Below are positions 19,066 to 27,672 of a stretch of DNA of 64,000 nt, in pieces. The notes below the pieces were generated by a model. That model was not told the DNA's origin. It worked only from the letters and a program-made list of their open reading frames with translations, and made no database searches. The position numbers and the translations under genes are program-made. How positions within the stretch are numbered: position 1 is the first letter of the stretch; each line of letters opens with the position of its first letter. Origin of the DNA: an uncultured Verrucomicrobiae bacterium (GTDB taxonomy: Bacteria > Verrucomicrobiota > Verrucomicrobiia > Limisphaerales > UBA11358); the NCBI GenBank assembly GCA_963827205.1, contig CAWHAH010000002.1:194433-258432 (forward strand), written 5' to 3'.

Positions 19066-19162
19066 GAACCACGAAACACACGAAATGACACGAAAAAACG
19101 CCGCGCTGGCAATTATGTCTTTTGTATTCCGTTTGTGTGTTTAGTGTATTTCGTGGTTTCAT
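19066..19162. repeat. palindromic intergenic repeat (aaccacgaaacacacgaa family)
   Basis: ggaaccacgaaacacacgaaatgacacgaaaaa pairs imperfectly with ccgtttgtgtgtttagtgtatttcgtggtttc. Confidence 0.7.
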
Positions 19163-19166
19163 CTGA

Positions 19167-20252
19167 ATGAAAATTCTGGTCATTTCCCTGGCGGGCATCG
19201 GCGACGCGCTGCTGGCCACGCCGCTCATCCACGAGCTGCGCGCGAATTTTCCTGACGCAACGGTTGACGCGCTGGTATTGTGGGCGGGATCGCGGGACCT
19301 GCTGGAAAACAATCCGCACCTCAACCACATCCACCAGAAGAACCTCGTCACTGCTGGCAAATTGGACACCGCCGGCAAGCTGAAAGCGCTGCGATTTTTC
19401 TGGTCGCTGCGGCGCGAGCGTTACGACGTCTCGATCAACACGCACCCGCAGAGTCAGAGGCTTTACCGCATGGCGGCACGCATCGTCGGCGCCCCCACGC
19501 GCATCAGCCACGAATACGAATGTTTCGGCGCCCCCGACCGGCGGCTCGTGAACCGCACGTTGCCGCAGGATTATACGCGGCACTCGATTGAAAATAATTT
19601 TGATGCGCTGCCTCTGCTCGGCGCGCAAAAAAAACTGCCGGCGCACGAAATCGAAATTTTCCTGACACCGGAGGAGGAGGAGTGGTCGGGCAATTTTCTG
19701 GTAAACCATAAATTGACGGGACAAAAACTGCTGGGCGTTCACGTCGGTTCCGGCGGCACAAAAAACCTGCCGCTCAAGCGTTGGCCGCTGAAAAATTACA
19801 TTGGACTGGTCCGGCGCTTGAACCGGGAGCGGCGCGACATCAGCGTCCTGCTTTTTGGCGGCCCGGATGAAGCCGTGGATCATGAGGTGATTTTGGCGCA
19901 AACCGACCGCGACCGTGTATTTCAAGTCGGGGCGAAAAATCTTCGCCAGGCAGCGGCGTTGATAAAGCGTTGTCATTCCTTTCTCAGTGTGGACACGGCG
20001 TTGATGCATCTCGCGGCGGCGGTGAAAACACCCGCACAGATTGTCATCGAAGCGCCGACCCTGAATGTGACGAATCTCCCGTATGGCAATCCTTTCACGC
20101 TCGTGAAAAATCCGGTCGTGAACGGGCGCGGGCTGGATTTTTACCGTTACGATGGCGGCGACATCAAGGGCACGCGCGAGGAACTGCTGGCGTGCATGGC
20201 AGCGGTAAAAGTTGAGGATGTGTTTGCGACAGTGACAACGCTGATCAAATGA
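19167..20252 (+). CDS. glycosyltransferase family 9 (LPS heptosyltransferase)
   Basis: 361-aa ORF with MKILVISLAGIGDALLATP N-terminus and overall GT9 pattern. Confidence 0.85.
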   Translation: MKILVISLAGIGDALLATPLIHELRANFPDATVDALVLWAGSRDLLENNPHLNHIHQKNLVTAGKLDTAGKLKALRFFWSLRRERYDVSINTHPQSQRLYRMAARIVGAPTRISHEYECFGAPDRRLVNRTLPQDYTRHSIENNFDALPLLGAQKKLPAHEIEIFLTPEEEEWSGNFLVNHKLTGQKLLGVHVGSGGTKNLPLKRWPLKNYIGLVRRLNRERRDISVLLFGGPDEAVDHEVILAQTDRDRVFQVGAKNLRQAAALIKRCHSFLSVDTALMHLAAAVKTPAQIVIEAPTLNVTNLPYGNPFTLVKNPVVNGRGLDFYRYDGGDIKGTREELLACMAAVKVEDVFATVTTLIK

Positions 20253-20385
20253 CTAAACCACAATGACGAATGACTAAAAAATTCCGAATAACGAATGACC
20301 CAATTCCAATTCAAGCGGCGGGTCGCGCATTTGTCATTCGGGCTTCGTCATTCTTTAGTCATTAGGTTTTAGTCATTCGTCATTA
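20248..20385. repeat. ~135-bp palindromic GTCATT-rich repeat, copy 1 (reverse orientation relative to copy 2)
   Basis: Its reverse complement aatgacgaatgactaaaacctaatgactaaagaatgacgaagcccgaatgacaaatg... aligns with 21709 onward. Confidence 0.8.
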
Positions 20386-21102
20386 CAGTGAAAATCCTGC
20401 CGCCTTCGCGTCCGCGGCAAACATTTTCACCGTGTCGAGCGACATCTCCTTCAAGCCAATCCCCGCAAGCTTGAAGGCCTTGTTCAGGATGTCGTGCGTA
20501 ACGGTCACGATGTCGCAGCCGCAGGCATCAGCCTGAAAAATGTTCAGCACCTCGCGCACGCTGGCCCAAAGCAGCTCGGCTTCCGGCAGGCCAGCCAGCT
20601 TCTTTTTGGCCTCGCGCATGTGGGGCATCGGGTCCACGCCGGTATCAGCGATGCGTCCGGCGAACACGGACACGACGGCGGGCACCTTGGAGTTGAGCGC
20701 CTGCGCGACACCGGCGATCTGCTCCTGCGTCAGAATGGCCGTGACATTGATTTTTACGCCCTCCTGCGTCAGATCGCGCACCAGCGGCAATGACGATTCG
20801 CCGCGTGTGTTGGTGATGGGAATCTTGACATAGACGTTTTTCGCCCAGCCGTTGATTTTGAGTGCCTGCCGCCGCATTTCGGGAAATTCATCGGAAAACA
20901 CCTCAAACGAGATTGGCTTCACGGTGATGGTTTGCAGAATGTCCTTGGCGAACGCCTCAAAATCCGTCAGCCCGGCTTTGCGCATGAGCGTGGGATTGGT
21001 GGTCATGCCTTTGATGAGCGGATTGGCGTTCAATTGGAGCATCCCCGCCCGGTCCGCGCCGTCGGCGAAAAGTTTTACTTTTAAGTCTTTCAATGTACTC
21101 AT
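20383..21102 (-). CDS. tal: transaldolase-family protein (short Tal/FSA type)
   Basis: 239-aa ORF with LFADGAD, TTNPTLM and VYVKIPIT (Schiff-base Lys). Confidence 0.8.
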   Translation of the reverse strand: MSTLKDLKVKLFADGADRAGMLQLNANPLIKGMTTNPTLMRKAGLTDFEAFAKDILQTITVKPISFEVFSDEFPEMRRQALKINGWAKNVYVKIPITNTRGESSLPLVRDLTQEGVKINVTAILTQEQIAGVAQALNSKVPAVVSVFAGRIADTGVDPMPHMREAKKKLAGLPEAELLWASVREVLNIFQADACGCDIVTVTHDILNKAFKLAGIGLKEMSLDTVKMFAADAKAAGFSL

Positions 21103-21124
21103 GATTCAAAGCAGCCGGTGAACT

Positions 21125-21706
21125 TCAGTGATTTTTCGATTCGCGCAAGATAATGTCCGCAGCCTGGGCCAGATTGCCAGCCGAAAAGTGCGGTTTTTGC
21201 CGTAGTTCCTCCGCGTAACCGCGATCAATGAAAATCGTCCGGCACCCGGCGGCGTGCCCGCAATCCACGTCGCGCCAGCGGTCGCCGACCATCCAGCTTT
21301 GCGCCAAATCAATATGCAGTTCGCGCGCGGCGCGCAGCAACATGCCGGGTTTGGGCTTGCGGCAATCACAATCCGATTGCCCCTGGCCGGGGTGGTAACA
21401 GACCTCCACCCGGTCAATCGGAAGCCGGCGGCACATTTCGGCATGAATCGTTTCCACCGTTTCCCTTTTGAGCGTGCCGCGGCCTACATCCGGCTGATTG
21501 GTCGCCACGACCAGCGAAAAGCCGGCCTGCTTGAGCCTGGCGCACGCAGTGGCAACGCCGGGCAAAATACAAAATTCGCTCAAATTCCCCGGCGGATACG
21601 GCTTGCCGTCGCGCTCCAACGCACGGTTGATGACGCCGTCGCGGTCGAGGAAAACCGCGCGGGCCAGCTTGGACGATTTTTCCGAATATGGGGGCACGGG
21701 TGGCAA
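21125..21706 (-). CDS. gmhB: D-glycero-D-manno-heptose 1,7-bisphosphate phosphatase (HAD-IIIA)
   Basis: 193-aa ORF (TTG start). FLDRDGVIN, VVATNQ, and CYH..C.C Zn site followed by RKPKPGM. Confidence 0.8.
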   Translation of the reverse strand: MPPVPPYSEKSSKLARAVFLDRDGVINRALERDGKPYPPGNLSEFCILPGVATACARLKQAGFSLVVATNQPDVGRGTLKRETVETIHAEMCRRLPIDRVEVCYHPGQGQSDCDCRKPKPGMLLRAARELHIDLAQSWMVGDRWRDVDCGHAAGCRTIFIDRGYAEELRQKPHFSAGNLAQAADIILRESKNH

Positions 21707-21836
21707 TGACTAATGACTAAAACCTAATGACGAAAGAATGACGAAGCTCGAATGACAAATGTGCGCGCCGCCCAATTGGAGTTTTTGTCATTTGGAATTC
21801 TTTAGTCATTAGGATTTAGGAATCAGGGTTTCCTCC
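21705..21836. repeat. ~130-bp palindromic GTCATT-rich repeat, copy 2
   Basis: aatgactaatgactaaaacctaatgacgaaagaatgacgaagctcgaatgacaaatg...tttgtcatttggaattctttagtcattaggatttagg; fills the gmhB to four-helix-bundle gap. Confidence 0.8.
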
Positions 21837-22220
21837 TCATGATTTTCTCCATATAGCGGCAAAAATAAGATGCAATTCCTTCGCTTTCTGCCAAAGTCTG
21901 CGCGCTTCAATTTTTAATTCCGGTTCGGCGGTCGCAAGCATTCGCAGCCATAATTTGGTTTCGCGAGATTCCTTGCGGCAAGTTCCGATCTTGTTTTTGA
22001 AATCCTTTTTTGAGACTGCATCATCCGCCTCGCAGTAATTTGCTGCTACGCTCGTTCCAGAACGGACGATTTGATCAATCAGCGGCAATGTGACCGGATT
22101 CCTGGGGATCGTTTTTGCAAAATGAACCACAGCCTCTCCGAACATCGCAGTCCGCTCCTCCAAATCGAATGATGCCCGGCTATTGGATTCGCCATTCGGA
22201 TTTAGAAATTCGTTAGTCAT
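21837..22220 (-). CDS. four-helix-bundle protein (23S rRNA intervening-sequence protein family)
   Basis: 127-aa ORF; SVAANYCEA and KDFKNKIGTCRKESRETKLWL match the TIGR02436-type family. The N-terminus MTNEFLNPNGESN is encoded by repeat-like DNA. Confidence 0.85.
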   Translation of the reverse strand: MTNEFLNPNGESNSRASFDLEERTAMFGEAVVHFAKTIPRNPVTLPLIDQIVRSGTSVAANYCEADDAVSKKDFKNKIGTCRKESRETKLWLRMLATAEPELKIEARRLWQKAKELHLIFAAIWRKS

Positions 22221-22237
22221 TAGGGTTTAGAAATTAG

Positions 22238-22861
22238 TCATTTCGTAGATTCCCATTTCGTCTGGCCGACCTTCAATTTCGGATGCGACACGAGCAGATG
22301 CCAGATGACGGCCTGAAATGCTTCGCTATGCGGCGTCACGTGCGCTGGATTTACTGTCGGCACGATGACGCAAGCGGTCGCTTCCTTTGCAGTATAGCCG
22401 CCGTCGCGCCCGACGATGCCGATGATTGCGGCGCCAGCTTTTTGGGCGAGCTGAATGGCACTGACGAGATTCGGACTGACATTCTTTTCCAGATTGCCGC
22501 CGCCGACGGAGAAAATAAGCAGGCCGTCCTTCGCGTTGAGCCGGCTGCCTTTGAGCCACTCGGCAAAAATCGTCGCCCAGCCTTCGTCGTTCGTGCGCGC
22601 GGTCAATTCGGAAACGTTGTCGGTGGGCGCGTAGGCTTCGAACCCGCAGATTTTGCGGAAATCATTGACGGCGTGGCTGGCGTTGGCCGCACTGCCGCCG
22701 ACGCCGAGGATGAACAGCCGTCCGCCGCGTTCGCGCACGCGCGCCAGTTCATCCGCTGCCTTTTCGATGGCGTCGGAATTCAGTTGCGCAACCAGTTTTT
22801 GGACTTCGTCGAGGAATTGTTTGGCAAAACTCATGGTTTGTTGTGGCGTGAATGAAAACAC
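22238..22861 (-). CDS. gmhA: phosphoheptose isomerase (SIS domain)
   Basis: 207-aa ORF with LFILGVGGSAANASHAVNDF and IFSVGGG; the start may be ATG 22834. Confidence 0.8.
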   Translation of the reverse strand: MFSFTPQQTMSFAKQFLDEVQKLVAQLNSDAIEKAADELARVRERGGRLFILGVGGSAANASHAVNDFRKICGFEAYAPTDNVSELTARTNDEGWATIFAEWLKGSRLNAKDGLLIFSVGGGNLEKNVSPNLVSAIQLAQKAGAAIIGIVGRDGGYTAKEATACVIVPTVNPAHVTPHSEAFQAVIWHLLVSHPKLKVGQTKWESTK

Positions 22862-22995
22862 AGTTGCGGGAAAAATGAAACCCTAATTCCTAAATCCTAG
22901 TGACTAAATAATGACCAAATCTGAATAACGAACAAAAGGCGACGGTTGTTTTGGGGATTTTGTCATTGGGGATTATTTAGTCATTCGGATTTGTG
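22862..22995. repeat. GTCATT-rich palindromic repeat, degenerate copy 3
   Basis: cctaaatcctagtgactaaataatgaccaaat...ttttgtcattggggattatttagtcattcggatttgtggtttagtcatt; its right end encodes the C-terminal tail (MTKPQIRMTK) of the next gene. Confidence 0.65.
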
Positions 22996-23752
22996 GTTTA
23001 GTCATTCCGGCTGTTCCACCCTGAAGTAATTTCTCAAGCTCGGTCAAGCCGGCCGGCGAGCCGATTTCATAAAAGCGTTCGCACACTTCATAACCGGCCA
23101 GTTGTCTTTCATGGACGAGCCTGCCCATGACTTCGGCCAGATCAAAAGGCTGGCCGGCCGGGTATGCGTCAAACGCAGTGGCTTGGAACAGACTCAAGCC
23201 GTAATCAATATGGTGCATTTCCGGCAGGCGGTTCTTTTTGTCATAAACCACGATGCTGCCGTCGCGGAAAACGACGTTGCTGGTGTCGTAGCGGCCTTCG
23301 TTGCGGTAAACGGTCATGCAGCCGAGCTTGCCGCTGCGCCGGAAAAATTCCGCGATGGGACGATACTCAATCGGCAAATACGAATCGCCGTAGAGCACAA
23401 AAAATTCCATGCCGAGCAACGGCAACGCGCGCTTGAGCGCGCCGCCGGTGCCGAGCAATTGGGGGCCGTCCGCCTCCGCTGCGCTACGGCGCGACGAGTC
23501 GAAGGAATAATCCAGCTTCACGCCAAAGGCACTGCCATCGCCAAATTCGCGCTGAACCATTTCGCCGAGGTACCCGACGCAGAGCACAACGCGGCGGATG
23601 CCGCGCGAACGGAGCAATTCAAGTTGATGCGCCAGAAACGGTTTGCCGGCGACGGGGATGAGTGATTTTGGAATTTTTTCGGTGATGGGACGCAGCCGCG
23701 TGGCGAGTCCGCCGGCGAGGACGGCAACGGGAATTTCCAGCGGCGCACTCAC
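22973..23752 (-). CDS. hddC: sugar-1-phosphate nucleotidyltransferase, probable D-glycero-alpha-D-manno-heptose 1-phosphate guanylyltransferase
   Basis: 259-aa ORF with NTP-transferase N-terminus VAVLAGGLATRLRPITEKIPK; overlaps the GHMP kinase gene by 4 nt; sits in a gmhA/gmhB context. Confidence 0.7.
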   Translation of the reverse strand: MSAPLEIPVAVLAGGLATRLRPITEKIPKSLIPVAGKPFLAHQLELLRSRGIRRVVLCVGYLGEMVQREFGDGSAFGVKLDYSFDSSRRSAAEADGPQLLGTGGALKRALPLLGMEFFVLYGDSYLPIEYRPIAEFFRRSGKLGCMTVYRNEGRYDTSNVVFRDGSIVVYDKKNRLPEMHHIDYGLSLFQATAFDAYPAGQPFDLAEVMGRLVHERQLAGYEVCERFYEIGSPAGLTELEKLLQGGTAGMTKPQIRMTK

Positions 23753-24729
23753 GAAATCACCAGCTTTGTGCCCTCGAAATCGAACCGGAACCGGACTTCC
23801 TTAAGCCCGGCCTGTCGCATGGCGTGGCGGAGCTTGGCCTTGTCCTCGGCGTAAAACATGAGAAAACCGCCGCCGCCCGCGCCGATGAGCTTGCCGCCCA
23901 GTGCGCCATTAGTCATTGCAAGGTCATACCATTCGTTAATCTTCGGGTTGCTCATGCCACCGCTGCGCTGTTTTTTGCGCTGCCAGTGCACGTCCATGAG
24001 GCGCGCGAATTCGCGGAGGTCCCCGTTTTCGAGCGCGTGTTGGCTTTGCCGCCCGAGCTCTTTGACAAAGTGCAGATTCTCAATCATGGACTGGTCGTCC
24101 TGTTTCGATTTCTGATCCTGTTCCTTCAAAATGGCGGAGGCCGAGCGTGAATAACCGGTGAAAAACAGCAGCAGATTGTCTTCCAGACTGTCCCGCGTTT
24201 CCCGGGAAAGCTTGAGCGGCCAGGCCTCGACTTTCCCGTTCTCCAGGAATTTAAAGCAGGTGATACCGCCGTAGGCGGCAATGTATTGGTCCTGCTTGCC
24301 GATCGGCTCCTTCAGCCGGCCGAGTTCAATCTCGCAGGCTTGTGCCGCAAGGTCGGCGGGATGAACGAGACTGTTTTGGTGGGTATGTAATGCCTTAAGC
24401 AGGGCGGTCGTGAAACTGCCGGATGAACCCAGCCCGGTGCCCGCCGGAATGTCGGCCATCGAGGCCAGCTCCAGCCCGCGACCGTCCATGTCGAGCAGCG
24501 CAAACGCTTCACGGATGATCGGGTGTTCAAGTTTGCCGGCCTCGCTCACGCGCTCCAGTCGCGAATATTTCACAATCAAGTCGGGCGTGAAATTCTCATG
24601 CAGCGTGATATAGACATACCGGTCAATCGCTGCGGCGATGAGGAATCCGCCGAATTTTTCGTAATACGACGGCAAATCCGTGCCGCCGCCGCCCAAAGTA
24701 ACGCGCAAAGGTGAACGAACAATAATCAT
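23749..24729 (-). CDS. hddA: GHMP kinase, probable D-glycero-alpha-D-manno-heptose 7-phosphate kinase
   Basis: 326-aa ORF with GHMP motif PAGTGLGSSGSFTTALLKAL; operon context. Confidence 0.7.
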   Translation of the reverse strand: MIIVRSPLRVTLGGGGTDLPSYYEKFGGFLIAAAIDRYVYITLHENFTPDLIVKYSRLERVSEAGKLEHPIIREAFALLDMDGRGLELASMADIPAGTGLGSSGSFTTALLKALHTHQNSLVHPADLAAQACEIELGRLKEPIGKQDQYIAAYGGITCFKFLENGKVEAWPLKLSRETRDSLEDNLLLFFTGYSRSASAILKEQDQKSKQDDQSMIENLHFVKELGRQSQHALENGDLREFARLMDVHWQRKKQRSGGMSNPKINEWYDLAMTNGALGGKLIGAGGGGFLMFYAEDKAKLRHAMRQAGLKEVRFRFDFEGTKLVIS

Positions 24730-24743
24730 TTCGATTCCCGGAT

Positions 24744-25751
24744 TTAGGATTTCGGCCGCGCGGAGTCAAAGTGAAATCCGCATTTTCGGTAAATTTTTTC
24801 CACGACCCGCAGCGCGGCGCGGACTTCCTTCAGACCCGTACCGGGTTTCCGTTTCAATTGAATATCCTTTTCGAACTCAATCATCTCGTTTCGCCACGAT
24901 TCATCCGGGCCGGGAAATTCATATAACTTCGTGTCCGGCGGCCCCATTTCCGGCTTCATCTGGTAATGATAAAGTTTCTCGACCCCGTAACTGCCGCCCA
25001 AGCCTTCAATGTGCAGCTTGGCATTGCGCCCGTAAATTTCAAACGAGAACAGATTCTTCCATTCCGTGCAACTGACGTGCAGCCACGCCGTCTTTCCTTT
25101 GGCCGTGCGCAACTCCAGGAAGGCATTGTCGTCCACCGGCATGTTCCAAAAAAAGGTTGCCGCATGGCCGTTGACCTTTGTGAAGCGGCCCAGAAACCAA
25201 CTGGCAAGATCAATCAAGTGAACCCCTTGGTCAATCAGTTCCCCGCCGCCGGAGAGTTTCGGATCGGCGCGCCATTCCTGGTCGTAGCCCACGCGTCCAC
25301 CGTGGCCGTAACGCGCACGAATGAACATCAAATCGCCCATCACGCCGGATTCGAAAATCTCCCGCGCCTTCCGGAAGGCGGGATGATAACGATGATTGAA
25401 ACCGGCCCGGACACAAACGCCGTGTTCTTTGGCAAGCGCGATCAATTCGTCAATCTGGCGGACGGAAACACCCGCCGGTTTTTCCACCAGCACGGGTTTG
25501 CCCGCGCGAATCGCCGCAGCCGAAACTTCCGCCAGCGCCGCGTTGACTGTGGCCACGATCACCGCGTTCACTTGCGGATCGGCGACGGCCTGCCGGTGAT
25601 CGGCAACCGCACGCCCAGACCCGGCCAGTTTCACGAGTTCTTCGGCGCGCGCCAGGTTTGTGTCGCAGGCCAGGGCGAGTTTTGAACCGGCGGGCAGGCC
25701 CGCCAGCCGCTTTTTTCCAATCAGTCCGCAACCGATGATGGCGTAATTCAT
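24744..25751 (-). CDS. Gfo/Idh/MocA-family oxidoreductase
   Basis: ORF trimmed to MNYAIIGCGLIGKKR (Rossmann fold); its ATG overlaps the upstream stop (ATGA at 25748-25751). Confidence 0.8.
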   Translation of the reverse strand: MNYAIIGCGLIGKKRLAGLPAGSKLALACDTNLARAEELVKLAGSGRAVADHRQAVADPQVNAVIVATVNAALAEVSAAAIRAGKPVLVEKPAGVSVRQIDELIALAKEHGVCVRAGFNHRYHPAFRKAREIFESGVMGDLMFIRARYGHGGRVGYDQEWRADPKLSGGGELIDQGVHLIDLASWFLGRFTKVNGHAATFFWNMPVDDNAFLELRTAKGKTAWLHVSCTEWKNLFSFEIYGRNAKLHIEGLGGSYGVEKLYHYQMKPEMGPPDTKLYEFPGPDESWRNEMIEFEKDIQLKRKPGTGLKEVRAALRVVEKIYRKCGFHFDSARPKS

Positions 25752-26551
25752 TTGTCTCCCCATGTCTTTCCGCGATCCTTGGGCACGATGCGGCGCAGCG
25801 TGTAGATGTCACTGTCCAGGTCCTTCTTGAATTGGTGAAGTTTTTCCCAAGGGTCCCAGACCGCGCTGATGAGTTTGCCGGTGATGCCGTCACTTTTTGA
25901 TGACAAAAGAAACTCGATCAACCCCAGAACCTTCTCGAGTTGCGTGTCCTTGTCGCGCGATTGTCTGGCGGCGCGCTCAAATTCAATCTTGCCGGCCGCC
26001 GCCGCCCCGCGCGCCAGAACCTGCTCGGTCATGCGGGTGAAAATGGCGCCGGGGGCCACGGCATTGATGTCCAGCGGCTGGTCCTGCCATTCAGCGGCGA
26101 GCGTTTCCACTAATCGCACGACGCCGGCTTTGGACACGCCGTAAGCCGCAAAATTCGGACGCGGCCTCGTCGCGCCACCGCCTGAAAAACAAACGATTTT
26201 TGCGCGCCGGTTCGTTTTGCGCAGCAACGGATAGAACGCGCGGATGGCGAAGAACGTGCCGTCGAGATTCGCCGCCAGCGTGGGACGCCAGGCGGCCGGA
26301 TCAATCTCCATGGCCGGCCCGATGGGTTCCTGAATGGCGGCGCAACAAATCAATCCGTCCACCGCCCGCCATTTTCGCGCCGCGCTTTTCGCGCAATTTT
26401 GCAGCGCCAGCCAGTCGGCGACATCGCATTGGAAGCTGAATCCATCCTGCGGCGAGCGCGCGAGGCGGCACACCGCATGGCCTTTGGCCGCCAGCGAGTC
26501 CGCGAGGAATTTGCCGATGCCACTGCTGCTGCCCGTGATGACGAGGTTCAT
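25748..26551 (-). CDS. SDR-family oxidoreductase
   Basis: ORF trimmed to MNLVITGSSSGIGKFLA (TGxxxGxG); ATGA overlap with the upstream gene at 26548-26551. Confidence 0.8.
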   Translation of the reverse strand: MNLVITGSSSGIGKFLADSLAAKGHAVCRLARSPQDGFSFQCDVADWLALQNCAKSAARKWRAVDGLICCAAIQEPIGPAMEIDPAAWRPTLAANLDGTFFAIRAFYPLLRKTNRRAKIVCFSGGGATRPRPNFAAYGVSKAGVVRLVETLAAEWQDQPLDINAVAPGAIFTRMTEQVLARGAAAAGKIEFERAARQSRDKDTQLEKVLGLIEFLLSSKSDGITGKLISAVWDPWEKLHQFKKDLDSDIYTLRRIVPKDRGKTWGDK

Positions 26552-27519
26552 CGGCGTTGGAGAACCCACTGGTTTTTTTGGAGCCATTGGAGCGTGCGAA
26601 TGATGGATTGCTCGATGGTGAGCGTCGTCTTCCAGCCGGTCGCGCGGATTTTTTGGGTATCCAGGAAGATGAATGGATTGTCGCCCACCCAGCCTTTGTT
26701 GCCGCCGGTATATTCCAGTTCCGGTTTCACCCCAAGCGCGCGGCAGATAAATTTCACCGACTCGTTGACTTCTACGTATTCGTCCGTGCCAAGGTTGTAG
26801 GTCTCGACATTATGCCCGGCTTGCCTGGCCGTGGTGCGATTGACCACGTGCAACATCGCGTCGAGGCAATCGCCGATATAAAGATAGGATTTCCGCTGGG
26901 TGCCGTCGCCGAGCACTTTCAAACGGTCGGGATGAGCGAGCAGTTGTTTGTAAAAATCCAGCACGTGGCCGTGGGTGTAGCGTTCACCGAGAATGGAAAC
27001 AAACCGGAAAATGTAACCCTCGAAGCCGTAGCCCTCGCAATAGGCGTGGATGAAGCCCTCGCCGGCGAGTTTCGAGGCCGCATACAACGAAGTTTGCACC
27101 GGGAACGGATGATTTTCCGGCGTCGGGATGATTTCCGCCTCGCCATAAACACTGCCGGTGGAGCTGAAGGCGATGCGTTTGATGCCGTTGTCGCGCATGG
27201 CCTCGAGCACATTGAACGTGGCGACGGCGTTTTGCTGGAAATCCTTGTGCGGATGATCCAAACCGAAGCGGACGTCCGCGTTGGCGGCCAGATGAAAAAC
27301 GAAATCGCATCCCGCCATCGCGCGAATCAGGGCGGACAAATCCAAGCAATCGCCCTCGACCAATTTGAAGTTCGGGTGCTTCAGCGCCGATTCCAGGAAT
27401 TCACGCTGGCCGGTGGAAAAACTGTCCCAACCTACAACATGCTGGCCGTCGGCGAGAAGCCGGTCCACGAGGTTGCTGCCAATGAATCCGGCGGCGCCGG
27501 TCACGAAGATTGTGTTCAT
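26548..27519 (-). CDS. NAD-dependent epimerase/dehydratase (extended SDR)
   Basis: ORF trimmed to MNTIFVTGAAGFIGSNLV; YAASK catalytic motif. Confidence 0.85.
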   Translation of the reverse strand: MNTIFVTGAAGFIGSNLVDRLLADGQHVVGWDSFSTGQREFLESALKHPNFKLVEGDCLDLSALIRAMAGCDFVFHLAANADVRFGLDHPHKDFQQNAVATFNVLEAMRDNGIKRIAFSSTGSVYGEAEIIPTPENHPFPVQTSLYAASKLAGEGFIHAYCEGYGFEGYIFRFVSILGERYTHGHVLDFYKQLLAHPDRLKVLGDGTQRKSYLYIGDCLDAMLHVVNRTTARQAGHNVETYNLGTDEYVEVNESVKFICRALGVKPELEYTGGNKGWVGDNPFIFLDTQKIRATGWKTTLTIEQSIIRTLQWLQKNQWVLQRR

Positions 27520-27672
27520 CTGTGAAGGCGGAGTGTAGCCGCCATCGCCGGCCATCGCCAGCAATTACTGCCCCACCAACTGCACTTGCGCGGCGGGCGT
27601 ATCACCCGGACATGTCAAAAAGTGGATTGACCGTGCCGGGGGTTCGCTGTCAGCGTTGGGGTGGTTTGCCCG

